Assembly (NCBI GenBank): GCA_003971905.1
Contig: RSEE01000038.1
Span: 558,001-622,000 of the forward strand
DNA from: Moniliella sp. 'wahieum'
Taxonomy: Eukaryota
Direction of reading: 5' to 3'
Length of the DNA: 64,000 bases
The first letter of the stretch is position 1. Each line of letters opens with the position of its first letter. Below the pieces are notes generated by a model that worked only from the letters and a program-made list of their open reading frames with translations, did no database searches and was not told the origin of the DNA. Below, one piece after another: positions 1-12,471 of the stretch. Made by a program: the position numbers and the translations under genes.

Positions 1-828
1 ACGTCAACGTAGAACCAGGTGGCGCCGCCCTACGTCATGGGTGTTTCAACCTGTTTCAACTGGGAACATTAAATCTTGCAAGTTCCCCAAAGTAACAACT
101 AGCTTCCGTAGTAGCATCTCCACCGCTGCTGCTTCTCGAGAATGCCAAAAGGCCCATTCCCCCTACTCAGGCCTCAAGATTCAATCCTCTCGATCCCTTT
201 TATAACGCTGGTAATAGTGGGATCTAATTTCTGTATCGCAACACGGATATATGTCGACGCATGATTGAGATCCTCGATGTGGTGATCGGGCCAATGAGGG
301 CGACCTGCCGCATCATCATTCCTCAGCATTCTCCTCCTCGCAGGCCTGACCCTGCGACAGTCCCGTGAAGCTTGAGTAGTCCGACTGCATGCTGGGTGGC
401 AACAGGCTGAGACCATAGCTGCTGGCTTATTAGCTTTCCTCTTGAGCCGGCACACGTCGATCGTTCCACATTGCGCATCGCTGTGTGTGGTTTTGGAGCC
501 TTGCGTCAAAGATGCCGATGTCATCGATATCCACATCTGGGATCTGAGGGCCCCACCAGGCCACACCAGTCATCGACTGCGCCTCGCGCCCAGCCCCAGC
601 ACGGCCAGCACACCTTCACTGCGTCACACACCAACTGTTGTGTTGCTGTTCCACGGGCCCCCTCATCATAACCTCCAGCGTGGGCCCGTGCGCTTGGCAC
701 GCTGAGAGCAGCCAGTCTCCGCCCGGGCTAAAAGGAGAATGACGAACGTCCCCACGCTTCCGATTCCCATCTTTACCCCCCTTTCTTCTTTTTCCCACCA
801 ACCAAGTTCTGTCCCGCTTGCCATCACC

Positions 829-1422
829 ATGACCTCCCCCGGCCTCACATCGAACGACCAAGCGCTCGGCTTCCGCTCTTCCGACGTCCCCCACGCCCAG
901 GCCCAACACGCGACTGGCACCGTTGAACAACGTCGACCAAGGCCAATACTACCCCTGCCCCACATGCTGCTGCAACCTCCCAGCACCACTCTCATGGTCT
1001 GCACCATGACCCTCCCTTAATGTCGATGTGATTGATCGGGGTGGAAAGCCGGTTGGTGCAGGAAGCCGAGAAGGATGCCGCTTCGGCCGGCCTGGCCGGC
1101 AGCACAAGGATCATCAAGCCCTTGCACCCGGGCGAACCAGAAACTGGTACGTTCTCTTCTCCCGGCCTTTGCCAAGTATATACATGTCCATATGGGACGA
1201 CTTGTCGCTGACCTACACCCCCCGCGCTCGTAGTCGTCAACGATCCCAACATCCCTGACAGCGCCAAGGATGCACCGTGGTTTGGTGTTCCTCCGGTAGA
1301 GGGGGTGCCGTTCAAGGATCAAGTCAAGGCCAACGCGCTCTACTACCGCGGCAAGGTGTTTTGACACGGACAAAGTTCAGCAAGCTGCCGCCGAACTCCG
1401 GGGGGACATTAGTGCGGAGTAG
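829..1422 (+). CDS. Small hypothetical protein, 1 intron (1147-1233), frameshifted
   Basis: ATG 829 (MTSPGLTSNDQALG...). Intron GTACGT...GCTGAC...TAG. Spliced C-terminal part reads ...EPETVVNDPNIPDSAKDAPWFGVPPVEGVPFKDQVKANALYYRGKVF.DTDKVQQAAAELRGDISAE* (TAG 1420-1422). Confidence 0.5.
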
Positions 1423-2027
1423 CTAGGATCCGCTGCTCTACCAATTTCCTAAGCCGCTCGGATTCCTCAACCGATTTATTGGTACCTAGCTTGTTGACAT
1501 ATATGGATTGTTTGCCGCCCTCCACATGTCGCCCGCACCGGCCTTATTTTGCGTTGTGTTGTCATCCTCGGTTGAGTTGATCTCGGGCCTGGGCGCCGGA
1601 TCGCTTTCGATCGACTCTTCCCTGCAACCCCATTGTCATAGCATGAGATTCTAGATAGTGTATTACTCTTCACAGCACATGGAGGCAGGTGTGATCCATC
1701 TGGAACGCATCACTATAGGGCCGACGGCGCAGAATGGCGAGGAAAGAGGAGAGCGCCGGGGCATATATGTGGTGGTACAACAGCAAAAAGCTGAGGAAGG
1801 GCGGGGCGGACGGGGAGGGGGTACTATGGCTTGTAACTGCGATGTGTCCGTTGATACAAAGCTCCAATCCAAGATCCACAGAGACGAAGGTCTTGGTAGA
1901 GAGAAGGTGAACGCGGGGAGGAAAACGGAGCCAACTCGAAAAGGCATGATGCGGCGGTGGGGCTTATTTCATGATGTTTTTTTTCAAGACGGGTGAGGCC
2001 TGAGGCCACACCAAGAGAGTAGATTGC

Positions 2028-2825
2028 CTACACCCAACCCCCATGTGCCGGGGACGAATAACGCGTTGGAGCAGTCCTTGAAGTGCACAGAGACAAGTAA
2101 AGAGACTGAGACTTCGGGTTGCTTTCATTGCGTCTTCCCAGGAGGCGGAGGCCTCGCGGTGGAGCGCGTGGATGCAGGTATGGATGAACGTTGGTCCGGG
2201 AAGACGACACCCGAGATCTCAATGGCACAGAGCGCTTCTCAGTTGATGTTGCTCTGGTCGAAGCGGAGTTGGTAGAAGAATGAGAATGGCCATTTCCCTT
2301 CATCAAAGCCAATTGGGCCTCCATGCCTCGTATCCTCGCTTCAACCGAAGTGGGCGTGGCCGCGGACAAGGCGGCGCTCAATGCGGTTTGACGGCTTTCT
2401 GTTCCAACAGGATGACGAGCTTGCGGTGCGTCCCTAATCCTCTGCTTCTCCTCCCATTGCGAGGCATAGGACACCACAACTTTCCTCCCCTGGAGGACAG
2501 CACCGGCACCAGAGGTGGTAGCCTTGAGCGCTTTGGCGGCATCGGACGCTTGCTCATATTCGATGAAAGCATACCCGCGCGGCTGTCCCCGTCTCGGCCC
2601 CGTCTTGTGGAAGAGAAAGTCGAGTCTTTTGAGCTTGCCAAACCGCTCAAACGCCTTGAGCAGCGCATATTCGTCCACGCTCGCTGCAAGATTGCCCACG
2701 TACAAGTTGGTGGGCGCACCGGTCGAAGCCGAAGGTACAAGTGGACTGGATGCGACTTGGTGTCCATCGGAGCGGGCCGACGTGGTGGCCGCCTGTGGGC
2801 GCGCCTTGTCCTCGGCTGGTGACAT
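2028..2825 (-). CDS. RBM18: RRM-domain RNA-binding protein, RBM18-like
   Basis: RNP2 LYVGNL and RNP1 RGYAFIEY, plus the family-typical LDFLFHKTGPRRGQPRG and C-terminal EARIRGMEAQLALM. Likely start MSPAED at 2825; 3' end uncertain. Confidence 0.8.
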   Translation of the reverse strand: MSPAEDKARPQAATTSARSDGHQVASSPLVPSASTGAPTNLYVGNLAASVDEYALLKAFERFGKLKRLDFLFHKTGPRRGQPRGYAFIEYEQASDAAKALKATTSGAGAVLQGRKVVVSYASQWEEKQRIRDAPQARHPVGTESRQTALSAALSAATPTSVEARIRGMEAQLALMKGNGHSHSSTNSASTRATSTEKRSVPLRSRVSSSRTNVHPYLHPRAPPRGLRLLGRRNESNPKSQSLYLSLCTSRTAPTRYSSPAHGGWV

Positions 2826-3183
2826 GTTGATGGTTGGATGCGGGTGGCACCCCTTGCGAGTGCTGTGATCACGGCACGCATTTAAACTGCTGGGCATATT
2901 AGGTAATGCATCGGGCCAGCCATGGCTCATTTCATTTTGTGTGACAAAACAGCAAGGACCCAGGCGCCAAGGGCTGGTAACCCGCAACCGCGCTTTGTTG
3001 TAGCGCCACCCCCACGATTGGCACACGCCGTCATGGACTGAACAGCCAGCTACGCGGGAAACTCCGTACGGGCACACTCCGCAACCACGCTACGATTCTT
3101 TCCTTTTGGGAGCTACGTGCACGCCCGTGACGACGACAAAGGGAATGAACTCGGACCAAAATAGTGTTCCTCAGTAAGGATAG

Positions 3184-4128
3184 ATGCATGCGTGCGCGCC
3201 TCGACGCCAAAGGCACCGAGGCGAAAAGGGGAAAAAAGTGAGAGTGCCCCAGCGTCCAACCCACCAGGGGTGGCACCAGGGCCTGTTTGCCCGCCCATTT
3301 ACGGGGGCAGCAACAAAGGGTGACGGTCAAGAGTAAGCCCCGTCGTGTTACCGCTACGCGGCGACCGCATAACTGTATGAAGATGACCAACAAGCGGGAT
3401 CAGCACCACCCATTTCGTCTCACTTTGCTCGCCACCACCGCAGGCACAGAGCCGGACCAGCTCCTCCTGAGCAGGCACAGGGCTCGTGTCTTCGCTCACC
3501 TGCGCCCCAAACCAACAGGAGCTAGCCCAGCCCCAACACCCAGGGCAGTGCCCTCCAAGCAACCACGAACATGAAAGTCCATCATCAGATCCACCCCATG
3601 GATGGGCAGAGGGTGAGCGCACCAAGCCTCGGTCCCCATGATAGGGTTACAGAGTACCTGCCCGCAAGGGCATCTCAACCGCGCGCTTTCCGCTGCCGGT
3701 GCGCTTCCTCGTACCCATCCAAGAGACAGCCTAGAACAGCCACGTCCTCACGTGGAGCCCAAGAGGATGCAAGCAAAGCGACAGAGGACATGGGTCGCAC
3801 CCTGGTGCCCCTCCTGCGTGGGGGGGCAGCCAGACGTCACCGCACCGTCCGGGGACTTTCCCAACAGCGACTCAGCCACCGGAAGCGGCGAGGGGGGCTG
3901 CTAGTGCGGTCCTTTGGCCGTCACCCTTTGGTGAGCACCGCGTGCGTGGGCAGGCCCGGCAGCCCAGCAGGCCGCCAGACCCACGAGAAGGGTTTGGTGG
4001 AAAAGAAGAACGAAACGACCCCAGCGGCAACGCAGGAAAAAATACACGGTACAGCATAAACCCCGAGCGGAACGGCGTTGCGCGTATTCCTCCTCAGCTC
4101 TCCTCCACTGTCGCGCAAATTCATCACA
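3184..4128 (-). repeat. ~0.93-kb duplication containing the MRP RNA gene plus flanks (inverted partner ~26877-27822)
   Basis: Near-identity read by eye from ~3184 to 4106 versus the reverse complement of 26905-27822; weaker similarity continues ~20-30 bp further (GTGATG..TTTGCGCGA..GTGGAGG). Confidence 0.95.
3314..3930 (-). ncRNA. NME1: RNase MRP RNA, copy 1 (~617 nt)
   Basis: Reverse complement is nearly identical to 27078-27693. Contains CR-I GGGAAAGUCCCCGGAC, GCG-GAAAG-CGC (GARAR loop), CR-IV ACAGUUA, CR-V ACACGACGGGGCUUACUC and helices P1/P2/P3/P4/P19. Confidence 0.9.
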
Positions 4129-5334
4129 CGGTCACCACGAAGCGTGATGCATGGTAGCAGCACGACTGCAGCCGAGGGCGGGGGGCGCAAACGCGGCACG
4201 GGGGCAGCCCCCGCACACACAACTGTACACTTCCGCTTCGATGTATATAATGGTAACGCTGGCTGGGGGAAGAAGAAAGACATGCCGCCTGAGGGAGAGC
4301 ACGGGGCCAGTCGCATTGAAAGCCAAAGGAAGCTCTCTCTTTGGCGTTTGCGGTATTCCATCCTCTAGAGCGACCCATTTTTCGTTGAAAGCGCGGGGGC
4401 CAAAACAATGACACTCATAAAAGGCCTATATGTGCATGAGACCACATCCATCCAACTTCTCGCCAACACAATTAATTTATCTGGTTGGGGGGAAGAAGAA
4501 ATGCAGTGGGGGGGTGGGCGGAGGCGAGACGTGTGCTCTACCAAGGGGTAGCACCAAGAGGTGCAGTTACGAGAATTGGAATAGATGCGGATCTCAGCCG
4601 AGGGACTCGGGTAGAAAGGAAGTAAACTTTTCGAGCTATGAGAGGTGCATCAGGGGGTACATGACGATCCCGCAAGACTGTGCGGCTCTGTAGCGGCAGA
4701 ACTAGCTGCATTGACTCTTGGAATGGCGCGAGAATGTCTCAAAGGCTACCAGGGACCCACTCAAAAGTCGTTCTTCTCTGAAGCCATGAAACCAGGGTTT
4801 AATTATATACTGTGCCACATACACTGTAACCTAGATCCTTCCTCCCCTGGTTGGAAGCTACTAGGTATCCTGAAGAATCTCATTAATCTCAGATCTCATT
4901 GGAGATAGTTCAACGTACTCAACGGTCAACGGCAACGCGTCAACGCGTCAACGTTCAACGTTGAGTGTTGAGTGTTGAAGAGTTCAACGCTCATCGCTCA
5001 CACATGTTTGCCACGCTCGATCACATCCACTCGTGGTACATCCAAAGAAGCGAATGGGGAAAGCGGTCAGATCTCAGAGGGTTCTGACCTGCTGGGAACA
5101 CTATTGACTTCATACATTGAGTGGGTGGGGCCCAGATGTCAACAAACACCCGCTGTGTGCGATACTGAAGGGTAACAAGTAGACTGTGGGGCACTATAAA
5201 ACGTGCTTCTTATGTCTCGGCTTGGGCATTATGTTTTGTGAATGTGCTATGGATACAGTTGTCTCATTAATAGTAGATTTACGTGTTATGCATGTTATGG
5301 TTCAACGTGTTCAACGTTCATTGCGTTAAGAATA

Positions 5335-5599
5335 CTAGGAGACCACCGGCCTACGGCCCGGTCAGCTGGGCTTCGCCCCAGCTTGGTGCTTGGTGCTTGC
5401 TCGCCCACCGTAGCCACCGTTCCCCGTCGCCACCTTAGCCACCGGTCCACCTTCGCCACCGTAGCCACCGTTCCACGCTGGAGGATTTTATCACCCATGT
5501 GCATCCGCGGGCTGCGGCTGGAACGTGCCGGGTGGCATGCTGACCCTAGAATTTACGTAACGGGGAAAAACGACTGCCGCAAAAATATAGAAAGGGAGA
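5335..5599 (-). mobile_element. Non-autonomous Helitron, copy 1 (265 bp)
   Basis: On the minus strand it starts TC (5599), ends CTAG (5338-5335), has subterminal GC hairpins, sits between A and T with no TSD, and is near-identical to 25381-25648. Confidence 0.85.
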
Positions 5600-6233
5600 T
5601 GCAGTGGGCGGCTGCGCCTGGTGGGACCTATACATTTCAGCTTTCCCAGGCGACGTGCCACATGGCGCACAGGTCCAACGCCAAGCTCACTTCTGTCCAG
5701 GTCACACGGTCACGTGCCATCTGGTCGAATGCTTGATGGGCGCAAACAAGGCGGCATGGTTCTGACAAGGGCAGCGGGCGTACCAGCTCACTGGCTGGCT
5801 GTCCTGCTCACCTCCCGTTCCCTGCCTCTGCGTCTGGAAGACCGGTCGTCCTGCACAATCTGAGGCAGCAAACCATGTATAGCTGGCACGGGGTGCGCCT
5901 CGTTCACACTTGAAGGCAGCTAATAAAGCACTACAATGCATAGGGGAGAGAGGGTGGTGCTGGTAAGCCGTTGAAGCAATGCGATGAGGATGAGAGGGGG
6001 GAATCAAGGTCCGGGTGAACCGACATGTTGTACACGCGTATCGAGATACATGGAAGTCGTTGAGACGAGCAAGGTAAAGGACAGAAGGAGAAGTCGATAA
6101 GGAGGCAAGCCGCGTAGTTTTGGAAGGGAGCCGGGTTGGTCACGGGTCACGGGTCACAGGTCACGGATCACGACCGGCTCCCCACTTGGAGTTGAACCAA
6201 GAGTAGAGTGAGTGGCAGGTTCAGAGTGGCCGT

Positions 6234-7480
6234 TTACAGCGTCAGCTTCTTGGGCTGCTCCCAGGTGAACTCGGGGCGCCCAAAGTGCCGTACGAAGCGG
6301 TGGAACGGTAAATAGGCTTTTGCAGTTCGAGGTGGTGCACAATCACACCGGGCTTGAGGTTAAAGTTTTTGCGCACAATATCAACCAGCTCGGCATCCGA
6401 CTTGGACGACGTGCCGTACGACTCGACAAACACCGACAGCGGCTCCGCAACCCCAATCGCGTACGACAGCTGAACCAGCGCGCGACGCGCCAGGCCAGCG
6501 GCAACCAGCGACTTGGCCACCCACCGCGCCGTGTAGGCCGCCGAACGGTCCACCTTGGAGAAGTCCTTGCCTGAGAAGGCACCGCCACCGTGCGCGCCCC
6601 AGCCGTAGGTGTCAACGATGATCTTGCGCCCCGTCAGACCAGCGTCGCCCTGAGGGCCGCCAATCACGAACCGGCCCGAAGGCTGGATGTGGTAGATGGT
6701 CTGCTCGTCAATCAGGTGGGCGGGGATGACTTCCTTGATGATCTTCTCCAGAATCTCGGCACGCAGGTGCTCCGTCGTCACGTCGTCGGAGTGCTGGGTC
6801 GAGACGACAACCGTGTCGACGCGAACGGGCACCACCGCACCGCCATCCTTCTTGTACTGCACAGTCACCTGCGTCTTGGTGTCGGGGCGGAGCCAGGGAA
6901 GCGCGCCCGTCTTGCGAGCGACGGTCAGGGCCCGGTTCAGCTTGTGGGCGAGGGTGAGGGTGAGGGCATAAGCTCAGGCGTCTCATCCGTCGCATAGCCA
7001 AACATGATGCCTTGGTCACCAGCGCCGTGATCCTCCAGCGAGCCGTGGTCGAGGCCCTGGGCAATGTCGGGGCTCTGCTGCTCAATGGCAACCAGCACAT
7101 TGCACGTCTTGTAGTCGAAGCCCTTGGCACTGTCGTCGTACCCAATCTCCTTGATCGTGTCGCGAATGACCTTCTGGTAGTCAATCACCGCCTTGGTCGT
7201 GATCTCGCCAAAGACCATGACCATGCCCGTCTTGGTCGCCGTCTCGCAGGCAACCTTGGAGTTGGGGTCCTGGGCAAGGCAGGCATCGAGGATGGCATCG
7301 ACACTTGGTCACAAATCTTGTCGGGGTGGCCCTCACCAACAGACTCGCTGGGGGGGGACGAAAGGGGGGGGGTTAGCGGCGATGCGCGCAGGGACTGAGA
7401 GTGGATGGCGACGTACGAGGTGAAGAGGAAGTGGCCCTCGGCAGCTTGTGGTTGTGGAAAGAAACACCGTTAGCAGACAT
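6234..7480 (-). CDS. SAM2: S-adenosylmethionine synthetase, intron 7348-7416, several frameshifts
   Basis: [17 protein letters not shown] across the intron, [49 protein letters not shown]; ends WEQPKKLTL*. Confidence 0.97.
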
Positions 7481-8922
7481 GGCGGAGGACAGGCAGCGTG
7501 CTGGGCAGAGAGGGGAGGGGGACGGAAGAAGAAGCCGAGGGGAAGGGGGGGGGGGTGCCTTATAAACGCACGGGGTTTTTCTGCGTGCTGGCCACGTGCG
7601 GAGTCGGCTTGGGTTTTTTTGCTGGTGCCGGTGCGTTGGCCAGGAGGGAGGGAGTGATGAATGACGCGTGATGGTGATGGCATGCCTCGCGCGCCTTGCG
7701 CTCCCAGATCCCACCGGCCCTTCCAGCCCAGCCGACCCGCACGCGTCCGACTGGCGTCGTGCCGTGCAGTGTTCACAGTGCCAGCTGCCAAGGTGTCGCC
7801 GGGATGCATGATGCATGATGCACGATGCATGATACGCGGTGGGATGTTCGTGCGGCGCCGTGCGACCCGTGGGCGGCACCAGAGCCGGCGCCATTCAACG
7901 CGAAATGGCGTGCTACGGCAGGACGGAGCAATAGGCTGGCGGCCGATGGCACCACAGCGCACGACGCGGCTATGGGTCATCGATCATCGATCATCGATCA
8001 TGCACATGCATCATGCGCCAGCGTCTTTGTGCGTGTTGGCAGCGCTTATCGGTATCGCCTCCATTATCGCCCCGGCCTGCTTGGCCCGCCTTGGCTGTCT
8101 CCGTCCGGGTCGGCCGAGGCGCCGCCACGCACGCCCGCCGGCGTTTGCCGCGTATCACGTACATGGCCAGGTACCGGTAGTTGAACCGTTGTCCTTTTGG
8201 CAGCGGAACGCCACACGGTGATCGCCATGTGATAGCCGCATGCGTGTGACACACATGTGACAGGAGACGACCCTTGGGCCTGGGAGTGGCAGGAGCTACT
8301 CCTGAGAGGAAGACGATGTAATAGGCCCCCGTCGGCAGCGCGAGAACGACGATGGGCATACACAGGCATAGGCGAGCACCACGTGTCCAGAGCTGCTCAA
8401 CACCGGATGTTTGGATGAGGAGGGCGTGATGCTTGGCGCAATGCCGACCGGATGCTCTTCCGCGCTCAGGCGCTGATATACTCTACTCACCAGCTCATCA
8501 ACCCCTCCTCTGGGCCGTCCTGGGGCAACCAATCGCCCCGCACCCGCCCACGCCCGCGCACACCCGGCGCTGTCGCGTGTCACATGTCATGCACCATGTG
8601 TCTTGTGGCACGGGGGCTGTCGCCCAGCTGGTCGCGGTGGAGCAGCCGCCGACACGCTCCCAACGGCAGGCCCACCAGACAGATCCAGCCCTACTCATCC
8701 AGCCCACCTGCCCAGCCGGCATTCCGACGACTGTCTGCTGGCCCACTGGGTTGCGCTGCATCGCCACCTCCTCTCCTCCGGCCACCTCCCGTCTTTCCCA
8801 CGGGCTCCTCCGCCTCTTCATCATCCGCCTCTCCCGGGTGGACGACGCCTCTCTCTGCTGTCCATATATATAGGGCTCTCTGTGGGCGCGCACATCTGCA
8901 TCTCTCCGCCACGACCCACGCC

Positions 8923-9671
8923 ATGTCTTCGTCGCACTCCTCCCACGGGGAATCTCAAAGCTCAGACGCCTTGGTTCCTACCCCTCCGTTTCCCTTCCCT
9001 AAAGATCATCTTGCAGGAAGGCATCAAGCAAAGCCCTCTCACCACTCACCCTGGCGAGGACAGCAGCGACGCCACTCCTCATCTCCCTGCCACGGCCAAC
9101 GAGCGCCCTTCTCCCTCAATGTCCTCACCCCACTTCGCCTCTACCAACACGAACGGATCCAGCCACGACAATAGCACCCTCCCCCCCGCTGCCCCAGTGA
9201 GCTCAAACTGGAGCACCAGCATCGGACCGGCCTCCCAGGGGGACGGTATGTTGCCATCCCCATCAGAGGATTTGGCCACCTTAATCGACAGCCTCCTCGA
9301 CACGGATCCTGGTCCTGGGGTCTCTGCACCACCTGGCCTAGTGTCTTCCTTCGTCCCCGGTTCTGTTCCTCATACGCATCTCCCCCAGGCCCAATCGGCA
9401 CACCCCGCAACCAAAAAAGAGGACCAATAAGGGGCAAAAATCCGATCCCCCGCGGCGCCGGCCCAAGAGCAAGTACCATGCCTACATGTCAACTGCCCTT
9501 CCCTTGGTGAAAGCCCGGCACCCAGGCTTGCCCCACAATCAAGTTTTCCGTATCGCGGCGAACGAATGGCATTTCCACCCCAGCAACCCCAACCGCAGAG
9601 AGCTGGTGGTTGTGGATGTGGCACCGATGGCCAATCCTTCCACCAACAATTCCCTGGTGATTGACCGTTGA
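8923..9671 (+). CDS. Low-complexity protein with C-terminal YABBY/HMG-box-like domain (frameshifted)
   Basis: TATATATA at ~8865, ATG 8923. The frame at ~9417-9600 reads KRTNKGQKSDPPRRRPKSKYHAYMSTALPLVKARHPGLPHNQVFRIAANEWHFHPSNPNR, matching the YABBY/HMG-like pattern S.Y..(F/Y)M......K..HP...H...F..AA..W. Confidence 0.65.
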
Positions 9672-12471
9672 CCGTTGGACGTTTTGCCCCATTCCGTATT
9701 ATACCACCCTTATGGCTCGTGCTTATGGTCAAGGCCCATTTGGTCTTCTTCTTTAGGCCTAGTAAGAGTTTTTCAGCATATTTTCTCGCTGGGTTCTTGG
9801 TCACAACAGCAACCAAGCCTGGTGACATGTGTCCACTTTTTTCATGTCCCTCTGTATGTGTCGCTGGTTGACTTTGACCGTTTTCCACCACCTCATCCAC
9901 CACACCGTTGTGCGGTTTGCATCATCTTGGACGGCAATCATCAGTGCTTCTTTTCCAGGTTTCGTCGCCCCACCATTTCTTTTTGGCCTTTTTACATTCC
10001 ACCCGTATCGTCCTCTTCCTCCCTGATCTGTTGGTTTCTTGTACTTTTCACCCCCCTTTTTCCATCGCGCGGACGAGCAGTGGCGCAAACACCACAATAT
10101 AGTGTTTTGGTGATATAACTTATTGCCAGTCGCGTTGCGCCTCTCTGTGCGACTGATGGGGCGGGGTGGTGGCACCATATGGGTGTGCACACACATGGTT
10201 TCTATACCCCTCTCCTTCCTGGTATGTTTTGTTGTGTATCGTCTCCCGCAGAGAGATGGCGGGCTAGGAAGCATGGAAGTTCGCTTGCAAAGTGCTTGTT
10301 TTCATCCCAGCTCTCTATGGTGAGCCACTGGTATATACAGATGCCTTTCTGTTTGTTCGATTCTATTACGCCCTCGCTCGCCCCATTACAATATAGAAGA
10401 ACAGTCACGAAAAGAGCGGTGAGGACATGGGGGTGGGGTTCTCATATGTGGCGAAAGGGTTTGCCCAACACCGCCATGCACATCACTCACTGGCACAACC
10501 AGCCAACTATGTCGCTCACAGACCATGTTACCCTCGATATATGCAGGAAATTGTATCGCTGCCATCATGAATCCAAAGGGTATCCAGATCCGAGCAGACA
10601 CGGACTCGTCCCTCTTGCGACTTAGGACGATGCCTTGGCTGCCTGCAGAGGTACGAAGAGGGAGCCCTTCATGACTTCCTTCTTCTTCTCACCCGTGAGC
10701 GCCGCCCAGGCACCGTGGGAAGCGCCAGGATAGGATGCCCCACGGAACAAAATTCGTGCTGTGGGGTGAAAATGCGTATACGAGGCGGGAGAGAGAAAGG
10801 TGTGGGGTCGCCCCAGTTGGTCCAGGTGGGAACAGTTAATGTTGCGTCTGTTTCGTCGCCACCCCCGGTGCTTTTCCAATACATGGCACCCGTCGGGTGC
10901 CAGGGTAGCGAGCCGTGGGGGAGAGGATGAAGATGTAGTAGTAGTCAATTGATACAAAGGGGTACCGGTTGGTCATTTGGCTGGAACGGTTGTTGCGCTA
11001 TAGTAGACACAAAGGAGGAGAGGCGCAATTGGGGTGGTGGCAGGCTAAATAGATGCTTGGCCACTTTGGTCTACCAAGCGCATTTACTCATACTTGATGG
11101 CCACGTCAAGCTGAACAGGATGGGAGTGACGAACCCGGTTTTGTGATCGGAACGCAGCGACTTGGTCTCGGTCGCTTCTTCTCGCATTGCTTTCCTGTGC
11201 CACACGGAGAACAATCTGCAGAAACTTAAGGGGCCGAAACGGCTGCTCTGAAGGTGGAGGGCGAAACCGAGGTTGTGTCGGAGGAAAAGGAGTAGAAGAG
11301 GAGAGGCTCAAGCCGAGGCGGCAGTGCAAGAGGCGGGAAAGTCAGCTGACGACAAGGAGATTGTTGTCCAGGCTACGTTCTCGGAAATACAGGCAGTCCA
11401 GGATGAAACCAAGGAGGAGATAAGGCGGAGAAGGCGACCAAGGAGGCCAAAAGGAAGGACAAAGGCGCCAAACTGCCTTTTCCCAAGGGAGTGCGTCCTC
11501 TCTCCCACGTACCTTATACCGCTTACTTCCTCTTTGTTCCTCCCCCCTTGAAGTCAGGTGGACAGCTTGCTCGGCGACTCTTTGTGCATATATGCCTGCC
11601 ATTCCTGCCCGCACCGAGACGAGGCGACCGGGCCCGGGCTTCCGCAGTCGCACCATGACACGGCGGCAGGAAGCGAGAAGCGTAGTTGCGTCCGGCGAGG
11701 CATCTAACAAGGACGCCAAATACGAGACGGACATTGGCTCCCGCTTCCCTGCCGCACAGGGGACGAGCACAAGCTGTAGTGGGTGGTACCAGTCCAACTC
11801 ACTGCGCCCGCGTGGAGAGGTGCGCAAGGTGCGGCAGATGGGGACAGCCTCGTCGCATCTCGATCGATTGAGGCGTTCGACCTATCGCGTGCATTGGTCA
11901 AACAGCGAGCTGATCGAGCGGCAGAGCACCAATGTCGCCTGGCTTTACAAGATGCGGCACGAACAGCAGCCGACACACCAAGCGCATGCTCACCAAGCGC
12001 CAGACGCTCACTGCCTTGCCGGGTACACGGGCGCTGGAGCGCACCTTGCCGTTGCGCCAGCTATGCCTGGACGCGGCCACGGCGTAGACGGAGCGGCGCT
12101 TGCACCGCAACCCATGGAGGCCATGGCGGCCATGGCAGCCATGGAAGCCAACAGGCCGATGGACATAGGCGGATGGAGGGGCGCGCGCTGCGCACAGGGC
12201 AGTGTGGGCAGGCTGCAATGGCCGGGCATAGATCGCTGCCGGCGTCACGCATCACGCGTCACGCGTCACGCGTCATCGATCATCGGCCCCATCATGCATC
12301 ATCCATCCTGCCATCGGCCAGCTATCAGCGCTCAGCCGATAACCATCCTGGCGCAAGCCGCCCCCACCGCCTCCATCTTTCTCCAAGCCACCACCGCCAC
12401 CGCCACCACCATCACCGCCACCGCCGCCGCCACCACCACCTCACTTGCCCGTTCCTACACGGCCGCGCGCC

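Noticed and set aside
3184..4106. Solo LTR or composite-transposon arms
   Set aside because: No clear TG...CA ends, TIRs, TSD or transposase; the content is a housekeeping ncRNA gene.
3113..4414. ORFs overlapping the duplicated segment (also 26814-28080)
   Set aside because: No protein motifs, the two copies differ by frame-breaking indels, and the sequence is explained by the ncRNA.
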